The notes beneath the pieces were generated by a model, which saw nothing but the letters and a program-made list of their open reading frames with translations, did not search any database and had not been told where the DNA came from. The translations under genes and the position numbers were made by a program. A DNA stretch of 64,000 nucleotides from Lama glama. Its lineage: Eukaryota. This document shows, piece by piece, positions 37,991 to 51,400 of the stretch; the stretch's first letter is position 1; each line of letters starts with the position of its first letter. The stretch is from contig CM052817.1 of assembly GCA_028534125.1 (NCBI GenBank), positions 93,126,001-93,190,000 on the forward strand. The letters are read 5' to 3'.

Positions 37991-40409
37991 TGCACACACG
38001 ATAATTTTGAAAATCAGAAGTGGCTCTATTCCTAGCCAGTCATGTCGACTTCACAGCAAATAAAATTATTAGAGTCCAAAGGGACATTACGTCACAGTAA
38101 AAGATGAATCCACCAGGAAAACATAAATGATCTTAAATGCGTACCCACCACACAGCAGTGCCTCAAATGCAGGAAGCGAAAACTAATATTAAGACTGAAA
38201 GTAGAAACAGGTGAATCCGCAAATACAGTTGAGGACTTTACCACCTCCTCAGTAATGAGTAGAACTACCCACCAGAAAATCAGAAAGGGTATAGAAGCAC
38301 TGGACAACACAGTCCAGCAACAATGTCTAATTTCCATAGATAACACTTCACCAACAACAGTGAATAAGTGCTTTTTCAGGTGTCTTTCATCAAGACTGGA
38401 CAGATCTTGGGCCATAAAACAAACTCCAACAAATTTATGAGAACTGAAATCATGCAGAACATGTTATTTAATCACAGTGGAATCAAAGAAAAGTCAAATT
38501 GCATAAATGCAACAGGAAAATCTCCAAATACTTGCAAATTAAGTTATACCCTTATAAATATTCCCTAGGAAAAGAGTAAGTCTCAAAGGATATTTTAAAA
38601 AATACATAGAATGGAATGAAAACGAAAAACAACATATGAAGATTTGTGGGATTTAGCTAAAGCTTTGCTGAGTGGGAAATTTATAAAATGAAATGGTTAC
38701 ATTAGAAAAGAGAGAAGATTTCAGATCACCAATCTAAGTTATTGCCTCAAGAAACTGGAAAAAGAAGAGCCAAATAAACCCAACACTTGCAGAAGGAAGG
38801 AAGCAATAAAGATAAGAATAAAAATTAATGAAATTGAAATCAGGAAAACAATACAGAGAAATCAATGAAACATAAAGCTCATTATTTGGGGGAAAAAATC
38901 AATAAAGTTGATAAACTTGTAGCAAACCTGAGTCAGACAGAAGAGATGACACATGCCATTAGTATCAGGACTGAAATTGAGGTCTGTGACTCCAGAACTT
39001 ACAACCATTAAAAGGATAATAAACAAAAACTACGAACAACTTCACTCTTGTGAATTTGATAATTTAGAGGAAATGGAGCAATTCCTCAAAAACCAGAAAC
39101 TACCAAAATGTAACACAGATGAAGTAGATAATCCAAAAACTCCTATAATCAGTAAAGACATTGAATCCACCATATTATAAACTCCCAAGAAAGAATCTTC
39201 AGGACAGCTGGTTTCACTGGAGCAATCTACCAAACATTTAAAGAAGCGTTAACATGAGTTTTACACATTCTCTTTTAAAAACAGAAGAGAGAACACTTTC
39301 CAACTCATTGTGGAAGGCAGGTGTTACCCTGAAGGTAAAAACCAGATAAAGACAGGACCAAAAAAGAAAGCTACAAATACCGCTAACGAACTTAGATGCA
39401 GAAATTCTCCACAACATTAGCAAATCAAATCCACCAGTGCACTGAAAGAATTATACACCGTGAACAAGTGGATTTTGTTCCAGGTGTGCAAGACCTGTTC
39501 AGTATTTGAAAGTCAATCAATGTAATCCACCAAATCTACAGGCTGAAGTAGGTAATCATATGAGCATATCAATTATGCAGGAAAAACATTTTAAATATGC
39601 AGCATCTGTTCATACTAAAATTTCTCAGCAAACAAGGACAAGAGGGGAACTTCTTCGGCTTGATATTGAGGATGCACAAAACACCTAGAGCTGACATCAT
39701 ACTTAATGGGAAAAGACTGAACGCTTTTCCCCTAAAATTGGAAACAAGGCAAGGATGCCTTCTCTTATCGCCGTTATTCAACATACTATTGGAACTTTAG
39801 CTCAATTGGCAAGGCGAGAAAAAAGAAATAAAAGGCTTAAGGCAAGAAAAATAAATCATAGGCATGCAGATTAGAAAGGAAGAAATTATAAATTACCTTA
39901 AGTGTTTTTTGGGAGAAGGTACCAATAAATGGTTATATTTTACTTAGAGGATGAAAATTAAAACCACTATGACATATCACAGTGCACCTATAAGAATATT
40001 TAAAATGAAAGGTATCAATAATACCAAATGCTGGCAAGGATGTGGAGAAACTGAATCCCTTATGTTTTGCCAGTGAGAATGTAAAATTGTACGGCCGCTC
40101 TAAAATAGTTCAGCTGTTTCTTAACAATACAAAGCATGCATTTGACATATGATCTAACAGTTGCACTCTTGAACATTTATATCAGAGAAATGAAAACTTG
40201 TATTCACACAAAAACATGCACATGAATGTTCATAGAACTTTATTTATAATAACTAAAAACTAGAAATAACCCACATGTCCTTCAACAGTGAAGCTTGGGT
40301 ACATTATGTCACACAATAATACTGAGCAACAATAAGGAACAAATTACTGATACTCACAACAAGTTGTATGGATCTCTGCAGTGTTGTGCTGTGTGGGCAA
40401 AAAACCAGT

Positions 40410-40962
40410 CTGGATTAAACAAAACTGTAGTATGTCCATAAAATGGTGTATTACTCAGTGATAAAAAGGAATGAGCTATTTAGCCATGAAAAGATTTGGA
40501 GGAACCTTGAAAGCATATTGCTAGATGAAAGAAGCCAATTAAAAAAGGCTACATACTCTGTGATGCCAACTGTATGACCTTCTGAAAAAGGCTGGCTACA
40601 CAAAAATCATTTCTGGTTTCCAGGTGTTAGGAGAGGGGGAAGGGAGAAAAGATGAAGCACAGGTGATTTTTAGGGCAGTGAAACTATTTCGTATGTTACT
40701 ATGATGGTCGATGCATGTCATTACACATTTGTTAAAAAATGTGGATGTTCAACACCAAGAGTGAACCCTAATGTAACTGTAGACTTTAGTTGAAGATGTA
40801 TCAATATTAACTAATCAGTTGTGATAGATGTCCCATACTAAAGCAAGATATTAATAATAAGGGAAACCTGAAGTGGGGGCAAGAGGACATTGGGAACTTT
40901 CTGTACTTTCTGCTCGTGTTCTATAAGCCCACAGCTACTTAAAAGTAGTCTATTAATTTTTT
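40410..40962 (+). mobile_element. Second L1 3'UTR fragment (L1MC1-like) nested in the host L1 3' end
   Basis: Repeats the aaaactgtagtatgtccata...aaaaaggaatgagcta block; host text resumes at aagccagtttcacaaggttacatactgtatg. Confidence 0.65.
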
Positions 40963-41537
40963 CAATAAGCCAGTTTCACAAGGTTACATACTGTATGATT
41001 CCATTTATAGAACATTCTCAAAATGATACCATAGGGATGGAGAGCAGAGAAGTGGTTGCCAGGGATTAGAAGGATGAGGGGTAGGGGGGAGTGTTTCAGG
41101 AGGAAGGTGATTTGGGGGATAAAAGTGTAGCAAGAGGATTCTTATGGGATGGGACTGTTCTGTATCTTAACTGTGGGAGTGGTTACATGGATTTACACAT
41201 CTGATGAAATTGTGCAGAGCTATACACACACGCACACACACACATACACTAGTGATGTAAAATGGTGAAATCTGAACAAAGTGGGTGGGTCATATCCATG
41301 TCAGTTTCCCGGTTGTGATGTTGCACTGTGTTATGCAGGACATCATTACTAGGCCAGATGGTGAAGAAGTACACAGGATCTCTCTGTATTTTCTTTTATA
41401 TTTCCATATGAATCTAAATTATCCCAAAATAAGGAATTAAATTTAAAAAGTGTAATTGAATGTTTTCAGTGGGTTGTTGTCACTGCATCTATAGCAAAGC
41501 ATAGTTTTTCATATTATCTAATTTTGTTCCCTTTCAG

Positions 41538-41582
41538 TCTATACATATGGATGCCACTTTATATACTGAAAGTGATGCTCAT
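41538..41582 (+). CDS. IL15: Interleukin-15 coding exon 4 (SIHMDATLYTESDAH)
   Basis: ctttcag| ... |gtgagt, 45 nt. Confidence 0.98.
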
Positions 41583-43528
41583 GTGAGTATAGTTTATTTT
41601 CAATATTGTTATATTTTCCAGTGTTCAAAAGCATAAGAAGTATATTTTCTTAAGTTTACTGAAATATGTGTAGTTTTTAAATCTAACTTCTGGTGTGTTC
41701 TTACAACATACGGTCAAGGAATTTTATATGTAATTATTGAGGTTATGGGACATGGGGACAAAGAGTTACATAGATGCTGTTTTCATTATAGCATCATTGC
41801 CAAATCAAAAATATAAAAAGGCTTTTTCCATCAGTGTCAAACAAAATGTATACATCTCTGTGATGCAATTAAATGCAAGAATCAAGTTAACTCATTCAGT
41901 TTAAAAGTATCCAACATATCGGTTGTTTCCAGTGCTGTAGCATATTACTTTTAATCATATTTTCTACAAATTACTTGAATGCACTCATGCTCTACATTTT
42001 GCCTGAATTTCTACAATTGTCAGAAAAGGGTTTTTCACTGGTTAGTCTCTATGTGAGAAAAGAAGCAAACAAGACCAACGAAAACTACCCGAATTCAAAA
42101 ATGATCTTGAACTTGTTTCATTAATATGCTGACATTGCCTAAAGCATGCAGGATTCAGTCCTATTGCTAGTCCTTTCCCTCTGGATTAGTTACTAAAGAC
42201 CAAGGAACAAATCCCCGACTTCTTCACCTCTTGGAAAACAAGCTCTGTGTTGTGTGCATTCAGGACAGAGTCCTTGCTCTGTTACTCCTCAGTTAGAATT
42301 TCTCTGAAATAGAAGGTTTTGCTCTACCGAGACTTTCTGAGCAATGGAAAGAAGCCACAGCCAGAAATTAGAAAAAACAGATATCCATCGTCCACTTAGA
42401 CAGTGCTGCTCCATGTAGAAACTGTCTCCCTCTTTTGGCTTCAACATGTCTTCCACTTTTTCTTTGCATCTTCTTCAAAGTAGAAAGCAATCAATTCACC
42501 ACCAACACTCACAACCCTGAGCCTGCTTTTCTGCAAGAGGGTAACTTTGCAACGTGTGGGTCGCAGAAAGAAGCTAAGCTTGAAATTTAGATGTAAACCC
42601 TGACTCAGCCACTTCCTAGCTTTGTTACCTTGGAAGACACTAAATATTTCTGAGCCCCAGCTTTATGATTTATTTTGCTGTATTTATTTCTTACTTAATT
42701 ATCGACATGAGGACGGTATTCACCCTTTCAGTCTGGAGCAGCTCCTGTGTGGGGGAAGGAGAGCTGCCCCAGCCAGGCTTGTGGGTGTGTTCCTTCCTCC
42801 ATTCGTTCAGTGAGCACTGGCTAAGCCCCTGCGGAGTCTCAGACACTGTGCACCCACAGCGCTGAGAACAGAAAATCAGACACGGCCCGGTTGAATCCCC
42901 ACATGCTCATTAAGTGCTTCTTTTAAGTTTAGAGTTTTTGTTAATCATTGTGGAAAAGTATTTTTGTGGTACCTAAAATGTCCCTATCTGATGGGGCCAA
43001 TCTGTGCCCTACTTCCGCTTTGATATTTCCAGGAAATTTCTTGGAATCACGTTCGCCTCTGGCACTTTGGAATTTGCAGGGGTCGTATGATTAGCAGCTA
43101 CCACTTAAAAAATGTTAACGATACAATCGGAGTCTAAAAAATTCTTCCTTATGGGCCATCTATGTTAATATTCTGAGAGTCTCGGGCCAGTACAATCACC
43201 CTTTGACACAGAGGAAATGTGCTTAGTGAGGAAAAAGTGGCCTATTGTTTCCATGTTTTCTAGCTTTGTGCTCTTTCTTCTGCACAATATTGCCATCCTT
43301 CCCCATTGTTTTGTTAATCAGTTTTTGGTTTTGATTTTGATATCAAAGCTCAAAGAGAAAACAAAGTATCAAGCTGCTTCCTGTATAAAACTTCTTAAAG
43401 GTGCTATGTTTCTTCCTAAAATAGTTTGATTGACTTTTTTAAAAAATCAAAATTGCATCTGTGTGAAACTGAATAACGGGGAAATAATCCTTTTTTTTCA
43501 AAATGGTTCTTTGTGACTCTGTTTTTAG

Positions 43529-43666
43529 CCCAGTTGCAAAGTAACAGCGATGAAGTGCTTTCTCCTGGAGTTACGTGTTATTTTGCACGAGTCCAGGGAT
43601 ATGGACATTACTGATACAGTAGAAAACCTTCTCATCCTCGCAAACAGCAGTTTGTCTTCTATAGAG
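43529..43666 (+). CDS. IL15: Interleukin-15 coding exon 5 ([46 protein letters not shown])
   Basis: tttttag| ... |gtgagt, 138 nt; [13 protein letters not shown] signature. Confidence 0.98.
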
Positions 43667-44574
43667 GTGAGTTATGCCAACGTTGTACAGAGCCCCATTG
43701 GATGTTCTCGGCCTGATTGGGAGAAACCATTAGCTGGGTGTAACAGACAGGGAGACCCTCTGAAGAGGCACTCGGGTGAGGGGGTTAATTCCAGCCAAGT
43801 GGCATCCAAAAGTGGCACCATCTCTTGTGTGCCCAGACTCCTGGACTTTTTTTAATTGATTTATCTGTTCAACATACTTTTCCTGCCTGCTCTGGGCTGT
43901 GTGCCGCGGTGCTGGAACGACAGGGGTTAACCAGACGGTCAGGTGACTGATCTCAAGGGGTTGATCGCCAGGTGCAGTGGGGGGACATCAGTTACATCAT
44001 CACTGAGCATCCACAGTAGTCATCCACAGTTGCTGGGGTGTTACTCTGAGCCAGACCCTGGTCTTCCAGGTGATTTGTGGAACTCTCACAATAAATCTAT
44101 GACTGAGTTATCATTTCTGTTTTAAGGTTGAAGAGATTGGGGCACTGGGAGCTTGAATGTCTTCCTCCAATTCACACAGCTAGTAAAATGGGGAGCCAGG
44201 GGTCTCCCAGTCATTTCATTCCAGAGTCTGTCTTCTTATATACTGAAAAGGTACATGCTGCAAAAGGATAATAACAAAAATAGGAGTAATTGGAGATAAT
44301 TTGGGCCATCTCAGGCAACATGAACAGTCTAGGGCTCCAGGCATGCAAATACGAGGGACCCCCCGGCAGGTGGGACCCCCCAGCAGGTTGGGCATCAGTG
44401 TATAAAGGCCCTGAGACTGGAGGATCATGGCTTTCATGGCAAAACACTAGTGGCCAAAGCAAAGTGGACAGAAAATGTTTTACAAACAAAGAAGGCATAA
44501 TAATAGTTCATTAACAAGTCCTTCTTAGGCTGCATTGAAGGCCCTCAGGATAACAGAAGTGAAAAAAACCACAC

Positions 44575-44674
44575 NNNNNNNNNNNNNNNNNNNNNNNNNN
44601 NNNNNNNNNNNNNNNNNNNNNNNNNNNNNNNNNNNNNNNNNNNNNNNNNNNNNNNNNNNNNNNNNNNNNNNNNN
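44575..44674. other. Assembly gap (100 N)
   Basis: Run of N. Confidence 1.
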
Positions 44675-44749
44675 GGGGGGACGTCGTCCAGGCAGAGACC
44701 CAACTGAAAGAGCAGAGCCTCTGAGCTGGTGTGGCTGGACACCTGGATT

Positions 44750-46110
44750 TCCCTGAAAATGCCAGGCTGCTTTAGGTCTTTGCTTAAATGTCACCTTGTC
44801 AGTAATGTCACCTCTTCACAGTTTCAGTCCCACACCCTCATCAGCATGTCCTGTCCCCTTCTCTGCACGTCTCACTGTCTGACATGCTACATATTTTACC
44901 TGATGGACATTGTCTACCTTTTCCTACTAGAATGTCAGCTTCAAAGGGACAGGTATTTGGAGTTCTTTATAGCACCGTTTTCAAACTCCCAGAATAATGC
45001 TGGCATATACTCGATACTTGATCTATTTCTGAAATGAATGGATTAATGTTTAAAATACTCTTGGGATATGCTATCTCTCTGTAATTGAAAGACTGAGCCA
45101 TGCAACAGGTAACTCATGGCAGTGTCAGTCATGGGGGGCTCTTAGTGAGCATTTTCAGTCATCCTCCTCATGACATAGTGTGACACATGCAGCAGAAGGA
45201 TGGGCAGGACTGCACAGTCAGAAGACCTGGACATGGGGAATTTCACCAATTATGTCAACTGAGATGAGTCATTTGACATCTCTGCCTTCCATTCTGACAT
45301 GATTATTGCCAGGATCAAATAGGACAGCATTATATGGAATATGCCAGTGCCTGGCATGGAGTACGTGCTTGATAAATCTTGGTGAATCTGAATTTTAAAC
45401 ACTTAACGGATGGAAAATCTAATTTTGATTTTTGCTGGTACAGCTTTCATGGTTCAGACGATCTCTGGAAAATTTATTTTTGACGACTGGTATTTGGAAT
45501 ATTCAAGTTATCCATGAAACTGTGTTTGGATTACAACAATTTGTGGTATTCACCAAAATAGTTCAGTTCAACCAATAATGAGTGGGTGAATATATGTGCC
45601 AAGCCTTATGCTAACTGCTAGGGAAGCAAAAATACATAGCTTTGCCCTCTTGGAAAAGCCTAGAGAATAGTGATATGGAAAGCATAAAACTCCATAATAT
45701 CAACATAATGCATGATGCAGCATGAAAGAGAGTCTAAACAAAGGCTTCTGAGAATGTAGAGACGGGACATTTAGTCCAGCCCTGGGAGCTCCCAGGTTCA
45801 GAAGAGCCTTCCTAATGGAGACAGCACCTGAGTAATCTTAAGTGTGAGAAGGAGTAGCTAAACTAGAGGTGTGGAGCAGGCAGAGAGAAAGACAAAGGCA
45901 GTGAGGCATCTAATAGCCTGATGTGTGCATGGGGGCTGCAGTCATGAGCCCAGAGCTCCCAAAGCATAACTGTTGAGGTAGTGGGAAAGGTGAAGGAGGC
46001 AGGTTAAGGCACATACCAAGCCTGTGTGCCATGCAGGGAGGCATGGACTTCATGCTGGGGTAGGTGACCAGAACCCACTGAAGGGCTCTAAGCAGGAAGT
46101 TCACGGTCTG
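44750..46110. mobile_element. L2 and MIR fragments in the last intron
   Basis: ctactagaatgtcagcttcaaagggacagg...aatgaatgg (L2 tail); MIR-like piece at 45.2-45.4 kb; antisense L2 at 45.55-46.1 kb. Confidence 0.6.
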
Positions 46111-46333
46111 ATAGACATGGCTTATTTTTTTTCAATGTCCTGAATCCACTCTAGGAAAAATCAGCCAGTACCAAATCTCCCAGTTCTCTTTCCCCCTAGT
46201 TCTTCCTAATATGATATTAATTTGCCAAAATTTCTATGGCTCAAGACCTCACCCTATGGTTCAAATGATGTAGTATTCGCAGGAAAGACATATTTTAGTC
46301 TTTCCAATCTCATCTTTTCTTTTTACTTGGCAG

Positions 46334-46444
46334 CATAAAACTGAATCAGGATGCAAAGAATGTGAGGAGCTGGAGGAAAAAAACATTCACGAATTTTTGA
46401 AGAGTTTTGTACATATTGTGCAAATGTTCATCAACCCTTCTTGA
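46334..46444 (+). CDS. IL15: Interleukin-15 last coding exon ([36 protein letters not shown])
   Basis: ttggcag| acceptor; [11 protein letters not shown] signature; TGA at 46442-46444. Confidence 0.98.
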   Translation, partial: HKTESGCKECEELEEKNIHEFLKSFVHIVQMFINPS

Positions 46445-46715
46445 TTGCGGCTGATCCTTTTCAGCATTTCTATTATTAACAAGCATCTTCCCACCGCTTA
46501 GAGGCAACAAAACACTCAGCGTTTCCAATATGCTGCCAAAACAAGCTCTTCTAGCAAGAAAACGGTCGAGAGCTTGGATCAGGACTCTTAGAAATGAAGG
46601 CAGAAAGATGGCGTTGCGTAACCTGACGTCTATGAACTGTCTTTGGACTTATTTTGTTCATATGTTTAATTTATTATTAAAGTTGTACATATTTGTAGCA
46701 TAATGTAAAATGTTG

Positions 46716-46721
46716 AATAAA
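46716..46721 (+). terminator. IL15: Candidate proximal polyadenylation signal of IL15
   Basis: AATAAA about 270 nt after the stop, preceded by an AU-rich tract with ATTTA (46669) and TGTA motifs. A second AATAAA lies at 47076. Confidence 0.6.
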
Positions 46722-48409
46722 ACTGTATACATATTTTATCCTTTGAAATTGCAGTGATATTTTTTACCTTTTGTAAGAAAGTAGGGGGTGTTTGGTTCAA
46801 GGGTGATAGTCAAATTATTTAACAACCAGTGGGGCTGGGCACGAGTACTGTAGGTAAAGTGTGTGCCCCAGGCGGTGTGGAACACCGCCTACCAGCCTTC
46901 CTTTGCTTCTCCGTTTGGCGTAGCACTTGGAGGAAGAATTGACTACCAGCAAGAAAGGAGCTATTAGGTGTGAAATTTAGTTACTGATACGTAAAGCACT
47001 TGTTACGAAAGAGAATTTGCAAGTATCTGACATAGAATATGCATCAATCAGTCCATCTTAGGTGGCATTGGCAATAATAAACCTTCACTGATAGACGGAA
47101 TTGTGGATCAAAAAGTAATAGTTGTAATCATGTTTATATTTCATGCTTTCCCAAGTACAAGTATTTTATTTTTCAACATTGTTTTTGCCGTGTTTCTATA
47201 ATAATTTTTAAAATCTGCTGATCAGTTAGAGCTAACATGATCTGGCATAAAATCATTGTTTTTACTTTTTTTAATATACTGTCTAAAATTTGCAAGCTCT
47301 CTTTTTAATGGAAGTGACCAAAATGAAATATTCTCATCTCATCACAAATTTTTTTCACCCAGCTCACTTCTGGCAGTCTTTGCTGAGAGACCTGTAGGGT
47401 AGGAATTGATTTCCTAAGAATTCAGTTTCTCTCCATGTCACTGTACAAATGATTCCTCTCTTGAAACATTCTTTAATAGTCCAGTGCCCCATCCATGCTC
47501 ACATATCTCATCCCTCTAGTCAATGTGTGCTTAAGGTTTTGTTTCAAGATAGTTTTAGAGAAATCTGTATTCCATTTGACTTCCAAAGAGTCATGTGTTA
47601 GCTCTCAGTCGATTGCCTGATCTCAATACAGTCCAATAGTATTTGGCAGCTGTTGGAATTATGGCAGTTTTATAAAAGAATTTCATCTGAAATGGATTTT
47701 TTGACAATGCAGTTGTTTTGTTTATTGTATCAGAAAGTATTAAGCAGAAATTTTAGAAGTTAAAATATAGATTTTTTTGATAAATATTTATGAGAGGGCA
47801 AATGATTGTAATATGTCAAGGAAATTTTACTATATGTGTTAAACCCAGATACATTACAGGAATTCTGCTTTTACTTTAGCCTCTCTTGAAGTAAATAATA
47901 ATGCTCAAAATATGATAGTCTATTTCTCTGAGATTAAAAAATAGTCTAGAGGTAATGATGGCATTTGTAAAACACAGTCATGATCATGCCTCCACTCTTT
48001 TCTTTTGTTTCTTGTGATACAGCATTTTGGTTTGAGACTTAGATGAAGATAGGAAGTGTGCTTATCAAATTTATAGATTATGCAAAATATGTAACAGAAT
48101 GAAGATTTACAATTCCCTCAGACTCGAAGGAAATGTCAGTGTAACAAGACGAAAATCGGTAAGGATACACAGAGAGTTCTGTACTTGGACCACCATAATG
48201 AACTGCACAAGGGAAGAATAAGGAAGATGCAGCTGGATTCAGCAAAAAAAGATTTTAGGATATTTATGCACCAGTAAATGCATCAGTATAACTAGACTGT
48301 TTGATGTGACTATTAAAAAGGCAATTGCAGTTGTTGGCTACTTTAATATAAATTTATTACCTAGGTCAGTATTTTTTAAGTGTGGCTGATGGCATCAAAA
48401 TCACCTGGA

Positions 48410-51400
48410 AATTTTTTGGTTTTTTTGATTTTTACAGTTTTATTGTGAAACAGTTGGCATACATCGCTGTGTAAGTTGAAGACACACAGAAGGAGGTTTG
48501 ATTTACTTATATTGTGAAATGATTACCACAGTAGGTTTAGCTATGATCATCTCATACAGATACAATAAAAAGAAAAGAAAGAAAAAATCAGGAAGTAATT
48601 TTCTCCTTGAGATGAGAACTTACAGGATTTACTCTCTTTAACAGCTATCCTGTGTATCATAGAGCGATGTCAGCAATAGTCTTCATGTCCTCCATTACAT
48701 CCCTCGTGCTTTTTTATCTCCCAACTGGAAGTTTGTACCTTTTGACCACATTCCTCCAATTCCCCTCTTCTTAGTCTGTCTTTGGTAACTGTTAAGTCTG
48801 ATCTCCTTTTTTTTTTTTTAATGAGTGTTTTGTTTTGTTTTAAATTGTTTTTTAGATTTCACAAAGAGGTGAGCTCATACAGTATTTGTCTTTCTCTATC
48901 TGACTTATTTCACTTAGCTTAATGCCTTCAGGGTTAATCCATGTTGTTACACATGGTGAGATTTACTCATTTTTATGGCTAAATAATATTTCATTTTATA
49001 TATATACATACCACAACTTGTTTATCCACTCATCCATCAATGGACAAGTACGTTGTTTCCATATCTTGGCTATTATAAATAATGGTATGAAAATAAGGGT
49101 GCAGATATATTTTCAAGTTACTGCTTTTGTTTCCTTTTTGGATATATTTCTTGAAGCAGAATTGCTGGCTTATATGGTAGTTCTCTTTTAATTTTTTGAG
49201 GAACTTCAATACTGTTTTCTCTTACAATCCACCAACAGTGCACAGGGTTTCCTTTTCTCCACATTGTTGCCAGCACTTTATATTTGTTGTCTTTTTGATA
49301 CTAGCCATTCTAACACGGGATGATTTCTTATGGTTTTAATTTGTATTTTCCTGGTGATTAGTGATGTTGAACATCTTTCCATGTATCTATTGGTTTTATA
49401 TATCTTCTTTGGAGAAATGTTTATTTGAATCCTTTGCCCATTTATTAATTGGATTTTTTTAATTGAAGTATAGTTGATTTCCGATGTTGTGTTAGTTTTA
49501 GGTGTACAGCAAACTAATTCAGTTATACATATAATTATGTATAATTTTTAGATTCTTTTCCATTATAGATTATCACACGATATTGAATATAGCTCCCTGT
49601 GCTGTACAGTAGTTCCTTGTTGTTTATCTGTTTTGTATATAGTAGTGTGCATATGTTAATCCCAAACTCCTAATTTATCCCTCCCCACCTTTCCCCTTAG
49701 GGAAACCGTAAGTTTGTTTTCTATCTCTGTGAGTTTATTTCTGTTTTGTAAATAAGTTCATTTGCATCATTTTTTTAGATTAATTTGATTATTTTTTATT
49801 GAGTCATATGAGTTCTTCATATATTTTAGATATTAATTCTTTATAGGATATGCAATTTGCATATATTTTTCCCATTCCATAGGTTGCCTTTTCAGTTTGC
49901 TTATGGATTCTTTTGCTGTGCAGAAGCTTTTTAGTTTGTTAGAGTCCCACTCATTTATTTTTGATTTTTGTTGCTTGTGTGTTAGGTGTCATATCCAAAA
50001 AATCATTACCAAGACCCATATAAAGGAGCTTTATTCCTATGATTCTTTCTAAAAGTTTATGGTTTCAGATCTTACATTTAAACTTTAATTCATTTTAGTT
50101 AACGTTCATGAGCAGTGCAAGATATGGGTCCAATTTCATTCTTTTACTGTGAATACCCAGCTATACCAGCACCATTAATTGAAAATACTGTCTTTTCTCT
50201 ACTGAGTCTTCTCAACTACCTTGTCAAATATTAGCTGACTGTATATATTTGATTTTATTTCTGGGCCCTCAATTCTGTTTCTTTGGTCTATTTGTCTGTT
50301 TTTATGCCATTACTATACTGTTTTGATGACTATAGTTTTATAGTATAGCTTAAAATTAAGAAGTGTGATGTCCTGCTTTGTTCTTCTTTCTCAGGATTTC
50401 TTTGGCTATTTGAGGTCTTTTGTGGTTTCATAAAAATTTTAGGAGTGTATTTTTCCTACCTCTGTGAAAAAGACCATTGGACTCTTGATAAGGATTGCAT
50501 TAATTCCATAGATGGTTTTTGGTAGTATTGACATTTTAACAATATTATTTCTTCCAATCCATGAATATGGGATACCTTTCCATTTATTTATTTCTTCTTC
50601 AGTTTCTTTCATTAATGTCTTATAGTTTTCAGAGCAGAGAACTTCCACTTCTTTCACTGAATTTACTCCAAAGTATTTTATTATTTTTGATGCTACTGTA
50701 AATGGGATTGAGTTTGTTATTTTTCAGAAAGTTTGTTGTTAGCCTATAGAAATGTTACTGATTTTTATATTTTTATATAATATTATATCCTGCAACTTTA
50801 CTGATTTAATAGATTAGATCTAACAGGTTTTCTTGTTGTTGTGTCTTTAGGGTTTTCTATATATAAAGTCATTGCATCTGCAAATTGAGATAATTTTAGT
50901 TCTTCAATTCTGATACTTTTTTCTCGTGTCTGATTCCTCTAGGTAGGACTTCTGGTACTACATTGAATAGGAGTGGTGATGTGGGCACCCTCATCTTATT
51001 CCTGATTTTAGAGAAAAGCTTTTAGCCTTTTGCCACTGAGTATGATGTTAGCTGTGGGCTTGTTATATATAGCCTTTATCACTTTAAGATATATTTCTTT
51101 AATGCATAATTTGTTAAGAGTTTTTATCATGAATGAATGCTGAATTTTGTCAAACTTTTTTTCTGCATCTATTAAGATTGTCATACAATCCTTTTCTTTC
51201 ATTCCTTTAGGGTTTATTGGACCTTTTTTAGTTTCCTTTGGAGAGGTCATATTTATCTGATTTTTCAAGGTCTTTGATTCCTTACTTTGGTATCTGTGCA
51301 TTTGAGTAATCAGGCTCCTCTTTCAGGTTTTACAAAGTTCTTTGGGAGAGAGACTTCTTCAACAGTCAACTCAGTTTGAGTTTCTGGGTATGTCTGCTGG

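Larger units (their letters stand above)
36890..41450 (+). mobile_element. Decayed sense-strand L1 (L1M-type) with ORF1 and ORF2 remnants and 3'UTR
   Basis: ORF-track remnants ADIILNGKRLNAFPLKLETRQGCLLLSPLFNILLE and FDNLEEMEQFL; many frameshifts; L1MC-type 3' end. The 5' end may extend to about 36550. Confidence 0.88.

Noticed and set aside
38255..39800. Endonuclease/reverse-transcriptase-like peptides as an active or novel RT system
   Set aside because: Frameshifted, stop-ridden L1 ORF2 remnants with a large deletion.
43550..43855. 101-aa ORF (and the 81-aa ORF at 36154-36399) as independent genes
   Set aside because: They are IL15 exons read through into intron; canonical splice sites bound the real exons.
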